From the NCBI GenBank assembly GCA_002688505.1, contig CP024013.1:120001-152000 (forward strand): a DNA stretch of 32,000 bases, read 5' to 3'. A model generated the notes under the pieces. That model saw only the letters and a program-made list of their open reading frames with translations. It was not told where the DNA came from and made no database searches. The position numbers were made by a program, and so were the translations under genes. This DNA is from Candidatus Saccharimonadota bacterium. GTDB taxonomy: Bacteria; Pseudomonadota; Gammaproteobacteria; Enterobacterales; Enterobacteriaceae. Within the stretch, counting starts at the first letter, position 1; each line of letters opens with the position of its first letter. This document shows, in pieces, positions 13,264-22,305 of the stretch.

Positions 13264-13775
13264 TTCTATTATTAATTAATTTATTATTATTTAATTTATT
13301 AATATAATTTTAATTATTATAATATAATATATTAATTTATATATTATTTAATTATATATAATTTTATTTTAAATTTAAAATATTTTTTTTTAAATAGAAT
13401 ATTTTGTTAATATTAAATTTTGTTTTAAAATTTATATTATTTGTAATATTAAATAAATATTAAAAGTTTAATTATATTAAATATAATTAATTATAATAAT
13501 TTTATGATATTAAAAAAATAATTTAAATATTTATTTTATATAAAATATAATATTTTAATATATATAATTAAATTATATATATAATATATTATAGAAAATT
13601 TTATAAAATTATATATAAAATTTATCTAAAATTAAATATATATAAAAAATTATAATAATTTAAAATAATAAATTAATAATTTTAATAAAATAATTATGTT
13701 TTATTAAATATTTTAATGTTAATTAAATTAATTTTTTATGTAAATATTTATAGAAATTTAAAATTTTATATAAAT

Positions 13776-13849
13776 CAGGGGTAGAAGGAATTGAACCCTC
13801 AACCTATGGTTTTGGAGACCATCGTTCTACCTAATTAAACTATACCCCT
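13776..13849 (-). tRNA. tRNA-Trp (anticodon CCA)
   Basis: The reverse complement is AGGGGTATAGTTTAATTAGGTAGAACGATGGTCTCCAAAACCATAGGTTGAGGGTTCAATTCCTTCTACCCCTG. It is orthologous in layout to E. coli tRNA-Trp. Anticodon loop CTCCAAA. D stem GTTT/GAAC, so position 24 is A. No encoded CCA. Confidence 0.92.
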
Positions 13850-13863
13850 AAATATATAATTAT

Positions 13864-13936
13864 TAGGTCTAAGTGGGGTTGAACCACTGACCTCACCCTT
13901 ATCAGGGGTGTGCTCTAACCTCTGAGCTATAGACCT
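13864..13936 (-). tRNA. tRNA-Ile (anticodon GAU)
   Basis: The reverse complement folds with acceptor AGGTCTA/TAGACCT, anticodon stem CACCC/GGGTG, loop CTGATAA and T-loop TTCAACC. No encoded CCA. Confidence 0.93.
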
Positions 13937-13963
13937 TTAATAAAAAATATTTTATAATTAATT

Positions 13964-13972
13964 ATTATATCA
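13964..13972 (-). promoter_or_regulatory. Candidate extended -10 (TGATATAAT) upstream of the tRNA-Ile/tRNA-Trp pair
   Basis: The reverse complement of 13964..13972 reads TGATATAAT (the TGnTATAAT form), about 28 nt upstream of the tRNA-Ile 5' end. TATAAT-like strings are frequent by chance here. Confidence 0.25.
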
Positions 13973-14047
13973 AATTATTTTTTTTTGTCATTATAAAAAA
14001 TGATTTATTATAATAATAATATTTATTATATAGTATAATTATTTATT

Positions 14048-14413
14048 ATGAATATTGATAATAATATTTTTAAAAATATTTTAAATAATAAAATTAAAGC
14101 TAATATTATTTATAAAGATAAATATATAACAGCTTTTGATGATATTAACCCAAAAGCTCCAGTACATATTATATTAATACCTAATATTTATATTAAAAAT
14201 ATTAATCATATAGATAAGTCAAATATATATTTATTAGGAAAAATGTTATTAGTTTCTTCAAAAATAGCTAAATTTAAAAATATAAATAAAAGTGGTTATA
14301 GATTAATAATAAATTGTAATAAAGATGCTGGTCAAGAAATTAATTATTTACATATTCATATTATAGGAGGTAAATATTTGGGTAATATAATTTGTAATTG
14401 TAATAAAATATAA
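14048..14413 (+). CDS. hinT: HIT-family purine nucleoside phosphoramidase
   Basis: 121-aa ORF with histidine triad YLHIHIIGG. Collinear with E. coli HinT (ITAFDDINPKAPVHIILIPN, GYRLIINCNKDAGQE). Confidence 0.88.
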   Translation: MNIDNNIFKNILNNKIKANIIYKDKYITAFDDINPKAPVHIILIPNIYIKNINHIDKSNIYLLGKMLLVSSKIAKFKNINKSGYRLIINCNKDAGQEINYLHIHIIGGKYLGNIICNCNKI

Positions 14414-16096
14414 ATGAAAACAAAAAAATATTTTTTATTTACTAAAAAAAATAATTTAAGTAATAAAAATAATATAATACATGAATTAATGATAAAAGGA
14501 GGGTTTATAAGAAAATTATGTTCAGGTATTTTTATATTATTACCAAATGCATTAAAAGTAATTAATAATATAGTTAATATTATTAAAAATGAAATGTTTA
14601 AGATAGGTGGTTTAGAAATTCAAATGCCTGTTATAACTCCTTTTAGTTTATGAAATAAAGGTGGTAGATTTTATAATTATGATAAAGAATTATATAAATT
14701 TTATGATAGAAATAATAAAATGTTTTTATTATCTCCTACTAATGAAGAAATAATTACTGAATTTTTTTTTAGAGAAAATTTATTATTAAGTGGTTATCCA
14801 TATATATTTTATCAATTTAATAATAAATTTAGAGATGAAATTAGAATTAAATCTAATTTAATAAGATGTAAAGAATTTATTATGAAAGATGCATATTCTT
14901 TTCATACAAATTTAAAATGTTTAGATAATACATATTTAAATATTTTAAATACATATTTAAATATTTTTAAAATTATTGGTTTAAATGTTTGTTATAAAAA
15001 AGCTAAATGTGGTAAAATAGGAGGTATTTTATCTCATGAATTTCATTTTATATCTAAATATGGAGAAAATAAATTAAATATTGATAAATTTAATTATTTA
15101 AATATTTTAAATTTAAAATTTAATAATTTTAATTTTAAAATGTTTAAAAAATTTAAATGTTTATATTTTAATATAAATAAAATTGATAAATTTATTATTA
15201 AAAATTTAAATAATTTTATTAGAACTTATATAATTAAAATATATTTAATTAATAAAAAAAATATTTTTATTATATTGTTAATAAATAATTATAAAAGTAT
15301 TGATTTAATTAAAATTAAAAATTTATATCCATTATCTAATAAAATTAAAATTTTAAATAAAAAATATATTTTTAAAAAATTTAAAATTTTAGATATTTTT
15401 TTAGGACCTTTTGGTTTAAATTATAGAATAATTGCTGATTGTTCTTTAATTAATTATATTAATTTTATTATAGGTTCAAATATAAACAATTATTTGTTTA
15501 TAAATGTTAATTGAAAAAAACATTTAAATATTGTTACATTTTTAGATATTAGTAAAAATTTTAGTTTATATATTAAGAAATTTAATAAAAATATAAATAT
15601 AATTAAAAAAAAATCAATTGAAGTGGCTCATATATTTAAATTATTAGATAAATATTCTTTAAATTATAAAAAAAATAATAATATTAATAAAATACTTATG
15701 GGATGTTATGGAATAGGTATTTATAGAATTTTTTTTAGTGTAATAGAACAATATTCTTATAATAACAAAATTATATTACCTTTATCTATTTCAAGTTTTA
15801 AATTAGGAATAATTCCTATTAATTTATATAATAATAAAAATGTTTATAATATTTCTTATAAAATTTACAAATTTTTAATTAAAAAAAAAATAGATGTTTT
15901 AATAGAAAATAGAAATATATATTTTGGTGAAATTTTAAATGATTTTGAATTAATTGGTATACCTAATTTTTTAATTATAAGTAATAATTTATTATTATTA
16001 AATATTTTAGAATTTAGAGATAGAATAAATAATTTAACTCAATTTATAAGAGTTAATGAAATATTTAATTTTTTATTTAGAAAATATAAAAATTAA
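14414..16096 (+). CDS. proS: proline--tRNA ligase
   Basis: Three track ORFs (14414.., 14720.., 15623..) are in one frame and joined by TGA at 14651-14653 and 15512-15514. Matches E. coli ProRS: HELMIKGGFIRKL, PFSLW (TGA at the E. coli Trp), FRDEIR, EFIMKDAYSFH, SHEFHF, IEVAHIFKL, GCYGIG. The ATG directly abuts the hinT stop. Confidence 0.9.
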
Positions 16097-16098
16097 GT

Positions 16099-17431
16099 TT
16101 ATTTTTTATATGTTTTAAATATTATGTTTCAATTATCATAATTCTTAGGATTTCCATTTTTTGTAATAAATATATTAGGACATAATATAGGTTTTTTATT
16201 ATAAAATATTATTGGTATAAATTTTCTTTTTCATGGTAATATTTTATATTGTTGTCAAATTTTTTTTATTTTTTTTTTTTTTTTACTGTTTAAAATTTTA
16301 ATTTTATCTTTTATTTGAAATTTTATATAAATTTTTTCTCATTTAAATGGTTTTCTAACTTTATTTATATTTTTATATTTGCTTATTTTTTTATTATTAA
16401 TATATAATAAACCAATTTTATTAGGTAAATTTATATAGTTTTTATTTTTTTTTCATAAAAATTTTTTCTTTTTTAATTCTTTAATTTTTTTATCTATAAA
16501 TAATTTATTTTTATATTTATATATTATAAATTTTTTAAAATGTATTTGAAAATATATTTTATATTTATTTTTTAAAATATTATATAATAATAAATTTGTT
16601 AATTTATATGAAATTATATTTTTATTATTTTTATATATAAATTTTCTTAAAATTATTATAATTTCTTCTTTATTTAATTTTATTAAATATTTAAAATTTA
16701 TATTATTATTATTTATATCTATACTTTTTTTTATTTTTTTTTTAATTAATTTATTAATTAATTCATATTGTTTTTTACATATATTTGAATTTCTTATAAC
16801 TGATTTTATAAAAAAAGGTCATTTTTTAATTATTAATGGTAAAATTACTAATCTTAAGTAATTTCTATCATAATTTATATCTTTATTACTTAAATCTTCT
16901 ATTCATTTAATATTATTTTTTAAAGCATATTTAATAATATATTTTTTTTCAATATTTAAAAATGGTCTTATAATAATAATTTTATTATTAATTTTTTTTT
17001 TTTTTTTTTATTCCTATTAATCCTTTTATACCGCAACCTCTTTTAAGTGATAAAAATATTGTTTCTATTTGATCATTTTTATGATGTGCGGTTAATAAAA
17101 TTTCATTTTTTTTTATATATTTTTTATAAATTTTATATCTTTTTATTCTTAATTTATGTTCTAAATTAGATTTATTTTTTATATATATATTTTTTTTTAT
17201 TAAATGTATTTTATTTATTTTACAAAATTTAATACATTTTTTTTCTCATTTTTTAGATATATATAAAATATTATGATTTATATGTATTGCTCTAATATTA
17301 ATATATTTTTTAAATTTATTTAAAGAATAAAGTAATACTGTTGAATCTACTCCTCCACTATATCCTACAAGAAAATTTTTATATTTATTAATTAAATTTT
17401 TTATAATATTTTCAATAAGTTCAATATACAT
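16099..17431 (-). CDS. tilS: tRNA(Ile)-lysidine synthase, interrupted by a frameshift inside an A18 run (slippage-rescued gene, pseudogene or homopolymer sequencing error)
   Basis: The N-terminal frame (from ATG 17431) has PP-loop SGGVDS and LLTAHHKNDQIETIFLSLKRGCGIKGL, then terminates just after the poly(A) run. The downstream part (IIIIRPFL.., WIEDLSN..NYDRNYLR, ..IWQQYKILPWKRKFIPIIFY) is open in a different frame from 17007 to TAA 16099-16101. Total length is 1333 nt (3n+1). Confidence 0.85.
16992..17009 (-). repeat. 18-nt homopolymer (T18 on plus strand, A18 on the tilS coding strand)
   Basis: Counted directly: an a followed by 9 t (16991-17000), then 9 t followed by an a (17001-17010). 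Confidence 0.95.
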
Positions 17432-17553
17432 TTTAAAAATTTTTTATATATATTTATTTATATAATTTTATTTCTTTTTTTTTTATTGTCTTTAATACAA
17501 ATTTATTATAATATATTTATATATATTTAAATTATTATTTGAATAGTTTATTA

Positions 17554-17626
17554 GGGTCGTTAGCTCAGTTGGTAGAGCAGTTGACTTTTAATCAATTGGT
17601 CACAGGTTCGAATCCTGTACGACCCA
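17554..17626 (+). tRNA. tRNA-Lys (anticodon UUU)
   Basis: Acceptor GGGTCGT/ACGACCC, anticodon stem GTTGA/TCAAT, loop CTTTTAA, T arm ACAGG-TTCGAAT-CCTGT. No encoded CCA. Confidence 0.93.
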
Positions 17627-17923
17627 TTAATAATTTATAAAATCAATATGTAATATTTTATTCTTTACTGGATGTTTTTGAATTTCTTTAATTTTACATT
17701 TTAATTTAATTTTATTAATTTTTATAATTAATTTTATATTTTTAATATTTTTTTTATTTTTTAATAGATTAAATATTTTTTTATATTTTACTTTAATAGG
17801 TATATTTTGTTTTTTTTTTATATATATTATTGCTGGTATTTTTTCTTTTTTTCTAATTTTATTACTGTAATTAGTTCCTATGTTATTTCTATAATTAACT
17901 TTTAAATTAATAATTTTTTTCAT
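17627..17923 (-). CDS. rplY: 50S ribosomal protein L25 (short form)
   Basis: 98-aa ORF. KIPAIIY and IQKHPVKNKILHIDF match E. coli L25 (KFPAIIYG, VQRHPYKPKLQHIDF). The stop codon abuts the tRNA-Lys 3' end. Confidence 0.88.
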   Translation of the reverse strand: MKKIINLKVNYRNNIGTNYSNKIRKKEKIPAIIYIKKKQNIPIKVKYKKIFNLLKNKKNIKNIKLIIKINKIKLKCKIKEIQKHPVKNKILHIDFINY

Positions 17924-18006
17924 AATATATTTAATTAAGTTTTAAATTTTTATTTATTAATGATAATATTATATATTAAAATATATTTTTTAATAAATAT
18001 AATTAT

Positions 18007-18864
18007 ATGAATAATTCTTTAAAATTAAGAAATAAAAATATAGGTGTACATATAAAAAATAGTTTGTGTTTATATAAAAATGTTATTTTTGCTAATAAAT
18101 TAAATATAAGTGCATTTTCTTTTTTTATAGGTAGTCCATTAAAATGAAATAAAAATATTAGTATTAATGATATTAATAAATTTAAATTTTTTTGTAAAAA
18201 ATTTAATATTAATAAAAATTATATAATTCCTCATAGTAGTTATTTAATTAATTTAGGTTCTCCTATTAATAATAAATTATGAAAATCATTACATTTATTA
18301 AAAAAAGAAATATTTATATGTAATAGATTAGGATTAAAATTAATAAATTTACATATAGGAAGTCATTTAAATTTAATAACAGAAAATAAGTGTATTGATA
18401 TTGTTATTAATTCTTTAAATTATATAATTAAATATACAGAAAATATTATATTAGTATTAGAAAATTCTGCTGGTAATGGTAATTATATAGGTTATAATTT
18501 AGATCAAATTTATAATATTATATGTTCTATAGATAATAAATCTCGTATAGGTGTTTGTATAGATACTGGACATGCATTTGCATCTGGATATGATTTACGT
18601 GATTTTAATAGTTGTGATATTTTTTTTAATATTTTTAATAATAAAATAGGTTTTAATTATTTAAGAGCATTACATTTAAATGGTAGTAGATGTAAATATT
18701 TTAGTAAACAAGATAAACATAGTATTTTATTAAATAGTTATTTAGGTAATAATATTTTTTATTGGATTATGAGAAATAATTATTTTAATAATTTACCAAT
18801 TATTTTAGAAACTGTTAATCCAAATTTATGATTAAGTGAAATAAATTGATTATATTCTATTTAA
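18007..18864 (+). CDS. nfo: endonuclease IV
   Basis: Absent from the ORF track because 4 TGA codons split it. Checked codon by codon: 285 aa, collinear with E. coli Nfo (PHSSYLINLGSP, NLHIGSH, LENSAGNG, SRIGVCIDTGHAFASGYDL, LHLNGS, PIILETVNPNLWLSEINWL). TGA at 18145, 18829 and 18847 fall on E. coli Trp positions. Confidence 0.92.
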
Positions 18865-19172
18865 TTTTTTAATTTATATATTTTTAATTGTTTTTTTATT
18901 ATATTTGATAATTTATCTAATGATTTTTGTTTTGGATGTTTTTTTTTAATCTCTCATGAAAGTTGATCTTCTGATAAATATATATGTATATGATGTCCAT
19001 TATTATCTTCTATAATTACATGATATCATGGTAATTTTTTATATTTTTTTTTTTTAATTTTATTTTTTTTATTTAAAGAATATATTGGATCAATATCTAT
19101 TATTACACCTAAAAATCCTAATAATTTGTGTCTTACTTGTTGTCCTATATTGAATTTACTATTAATTATCAT
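18861..19172 (-). CDS. hspQ: heat-shock protein HspQ (YccV, hemimethylated-DNA-binding domain)
   Basis: 103 aa with 2 TGA=Trp. [33 protein letters not shown]...[13 protein letters not shown] matches E. coli [32 protein letters not shown]...APWYHVVMEDDNG. Not present in the ORF track. Confidence 0.85.
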
Positions 19173-19229
19173 GTTTATTTATATTATAAAAAATTATTAT
19201 TATAAATATTATATATATAAATATTAATT

Positions 19230-20237
19230 TTATAAAAATTTTATTTTTATTTTTTTATTTATTTGATACTTATTTATTAAAACTCATTTTCTAAACTTAA
19301 AATAAGTATATGGAATTAATCCTGATAAAAACATAATAGCTATTGTTATAGGATAACCATAATGTAAATTTAATTCAGGTATATATTTAAAATTCATACC
19401 ATATATTGATGATATTAATGTAGGTGGTAAAAATATTACAGATATTATTGAAAATATTTTTAATATACTATTTTGTTCAATATTTAAAAAACCCATAGCT
19501 GATTGCATTAAAAAATTGATTTTTTGAAATAAAGATTCGTTATATGTTAATAATGATTCTATGTCTGTAATTATTTCTTTAGATAATTTTTTTTGTATAT
19601 CATTAAAATTTATTTTACGAATTAAAAATTTTATAGCTCTTTTAGTGTCTATTAAACATATTCTAATTTTTGATGTCATATCTTCTTTTTTAGATAAAAT
19701 TGATATTGATATATTAAATTCTTGATTATTTTGATATTTTAATATTATAGAAGTTAAATTTTCTAAATCATTTGAAATTATTTCTATTTCATTTGCTAAT
19801 TGTTCTATTTTAATTTCAAATAAATCTAATAATAAATTGTATATATTTTTATATTTTGTTTTTTTGTTTATAATTTTATATTTACATATTTTGAATGTTA
19901 TTAATTCTTTTTCTCTTAATGAATATAATTTGTTTTTATTTAATATAAAAGCTACTGTATATATGTTCATATAATCTTCTATATTTTTTTCTACAAAAAA
20001 AGAATGTATATGTAATCCATTTTTATCTTTAAAAAATCTTGCTGAATATTCTATATTAGATAATTCTAAATTTTTAATTATTTTTTGGTTAAATGTTTTT
20101 TCTATATATATTTTTTCTATATTTGATGGATTAATTAAATCTATTCAAAAATTTCTTTTTAATTTTTCTTTTTTTATATTATTTAATGTTTTTATTTTTT
20201 TGAATATTTTATTTTTATATTTAAATATATTTAACAT
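19230..20237 (-). CDS. corA: magnesium/cobalt transporter CorA
   Basis: Track ORF 19284..19970 extends in both directions through TGA codons. The N-terminus (NFWIDLINP, SARFFKDKNGLHIHSFF) and the core (LLLDLFEIKIEQLANEIE, NESLFQKINFLMQSAMGF, YGMNF) are collinear with E. coli CorA. The terminal FRKW matches E. coli RKNW. About 17 further codons follow before TAA at 19230. Confidence 0.9.
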
Positions 20238-20387
20238 TTTCTTTATTAATATTTATTTATTTATAATAATTATTTTACATTAAATTTGAAATTTATAAAA
20301 TTTTGTTAATATAAAATATTTTATTTATTTAAAAAATTTTCAAAATATAGTAGAATATTTATTATTTGTTTTAGAATAGGATTTTTC

Positions 20388-20720
20388 ATGAATAAATTAT
20401 TTTTAGAAGTAAATAATGAATCTTTTAATATTGAGGTATTAAAACATAATGGATATGTATTAGTAGATTTTTGAGCTAAATGATGTGGTCCTTGCAGATT
20501 ATTTATGAATATATTAAATGATATACATAGTCAATTTATTGATAAAGTAAAATTTGTTAAAGCTGATATTGATAATTGCAATATACTAACTAAAAAATAT
20601 AAAATTAAAAGTATACCTACAATTGTTTTATTTAAGAATGGAAATTTTATAGATAAAAAAGTAGGTTTATTAACTAAATTAGATATTATAAATTTTTTAA
20701 ATTTAAATATGTCTGATTAA
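20388..20720 (+). CDS. trxA: thioredoxin
   Basis: 110 aa. Active site VDFWAKWCGPC with both Trp encoded by TGA (20472, 20481). Collinear with E. coli TrxA (IPTIVLFKNG). Confidence 0.93.
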
Positions 20721-20778
20721 ATTTTTTATATTTTTATTGTTTGTTTTAACAATTTATTAATAATATAATTAATATATT

Positions 20779-22041
20779 ATGAATTTTACGCAATTAAAAA
20801 GTATGTCAGTTTCTGAATTAGTAGTTCTAGGTAAAAAAATTGGTTTAGAAAATTTAGCTAGGATGCGTAAACAAGATATAATTTTTTCTATTTTAAAACA
20901 GCATTCAAAAAGTGGTGAAGATATTTTTGGTAGTGGTGTTTTAGAAATATTACAAGATGGTTTTGGATTTTTAAGATCTTCTGATAGTTCATATTTATCT
21001 GGTACTGATGATATATATGTTTCTCCTAGTCAAATACGTAGATTTAATTTAAGAACTGGTGATACTATTTCTGGAAAAATTAGACCACCTAAAGAAATAG
21101 AACGTTATTTTTCTTTATTAAAAGTAAAAAAAATTAATTATGATAAGCCAGAAAATTCTAAAAATAAAATTTTATTTGAAAATTTAACTCCTTTACATGC
21201 TAATAATAGATTATATATGGAAATAGGTGATGGTTCTTTAGAAGATATAACTTCTAGAATATTAGATTTATCTTCACCTATAGGTAGAGGTCAAAGAGGT
21301 TTGATAGTAGCACCTCCAAAAGCAGGTAAAACAATTTTATTACAAAATATAGTTAGAAGTATTAATTATAATTATTCAGATTGTATATTAATGGTATTGC
21401 TAATAGATGAAAGACCTGAAGAAGTTACTGAAATGAATCGTTTAGTAAAAAAAGGTGAAGTAATTTCATCTACATTTGATGAACCTGCTCAAAGACATGT
21501 ACAAGTATGTGAAATGGTTATTGAAAAAGCTAAGAGATTAGTAGAACATAGAAAAGATGTTATAATTTTATTAGATTCAATAACTAGATTAGCTAGAGCT
21601 TATAATATTGTTGTTCCTGCTTCTGGAAAAATTTTAACAGGTGGTATAGATGCTAATGCTTTACATAGACCTAAAAGATTTTTTGGTGCAGCACGTAATG
21701 TAGAAGAAGGTGGGAGTTTAACAATTATAGCTACTGCATTAATAGATACTGGTTCTAAAATGGATGAAGTCATTTATGAAGAATTTAAAGGTACAGGTAA
21801 TATGGAATTACATTTATCTAGAAAAATTTCAGAAAAAAGAGTATTTCCTGCTATTGATTATAATAGGTCTGGTACTAGAAAAGAAGAATTATTAACTTCT
21901 TCGAATGAACTTAAAAAAATATGAATTTTAAGAAGAATAATTCAACCTATGAATGAAATAGATGCTATGGAATTTTTAATTAAAAAGTTATTAATGACTA
22001 AAACAAATAATGAATTTTTTGAAATGATGAAAAGTACTTAA
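20779..22041 (+). CDS. rho: transcription termination factor Rho
   Basis: 420 aa, very high identity to E. coli Rho along the whole length ([33 protein letters not shown]). TGA at 21922 corresponds to the Trp in E. coli KMWILRK. Ends in TAA at 22039. Confidence 0.97.
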
Positions 22042-22073
22042 TAGATATTTAAAATATTATTTTAGTAGTATTT

Positions 22074-22079
22074 TATAGT
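22074..22079 (+). promoter_or_regulatory. Candidate -10 element TATAGT inside the TTTTATAGTA motif, upstream of tRNA-His/Pro
   Basis: The hexamer ends 36 nt before tRNA-His position -1, the same motif and spacing as at 8817..8822. A further copy lies at 22104..22112. Confidence 0.3.
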
Positions 22080-22114
22080 ATTATTTAATATAATTATTAA
22101 TAGTTTTATAGTTT

Positions 22115-22188
22115 GGTGGTTATAGCTCAGTTGGTAGAGCACTGGATTGTGGTTCCAGTTGTCATGGGTTCAATTCCCATTAACCACC
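22115..22188 (+). tRNA. tRNA-His (anticodon GUG) with encoded G-1
   Basis: Acceptor GTGGTTA/TAACCAC preceded by an extra G opposite discriminator C. Anticodon stem CTGGA/TCCAG, loop TTGTGGT. No encoded CCA. Confidence 0.92.
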
Positions 22189-22204
22189 TTATTTTTTATT
22201 ATAT

Positions 22205-22278
22205 CGGTGAGTAGCGCAGTTTGGTAGCGCAACTGGTTTGGGACCAGTAGGTCGGAGGTTCAAATCCTCCCTTGCCGA
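22205..22278 (+). tRNA. tRNA-Pro (anticodon UGG)
   Basis: Acceptor CGGTGAG/CTTGCCG (two G:U pairs), anticodon stem ACTGG/CCAGT, loop TTTGGGA, T arm GGAGG-TTCAAAT-CCTCC. No encoded CCA. Confidence 0.9.
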
Positions 22279-22305
22279 TTTATATTTATATATTTTTTAT
22301 ATAAT

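Noticed and set aside
13264-13775. Possible CRISPR array, tandem repeat array or mobile-element remnant in the long AT-rich spacer.
   Set aside because: I could see no regularly spaced repeats, no inverted terminal repeats and no ORF. Apparent repeats are low-complexity A/T strings of the kind expected by chance at about 97% A+T.
14414-16096. proS (three pieces), and likewise metG, cca, rpoD, pepA, valS, nfo, dnaG and others, appearing as fragmented pseudogenes.
   Set aside because: Every break is a TGA, all pieces of each gene share one frame, and the TGAs align with conserved Trp residues. This is a genetic-code effect, not gene decay. Only tilS needs a real frame change.
19230-19286. The corA C-terminal extension, considered as a possible artefact of reading through an ancestral UGA stop.
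   Set aside because: The TGA at 19286-19284 aligns with the conserved Trp of E. coli CorA (..RKNWL), so it is a sense codon. The extra 17 or so codons simply run to the next TAA. The exact functional C-terminus remains uncertain.
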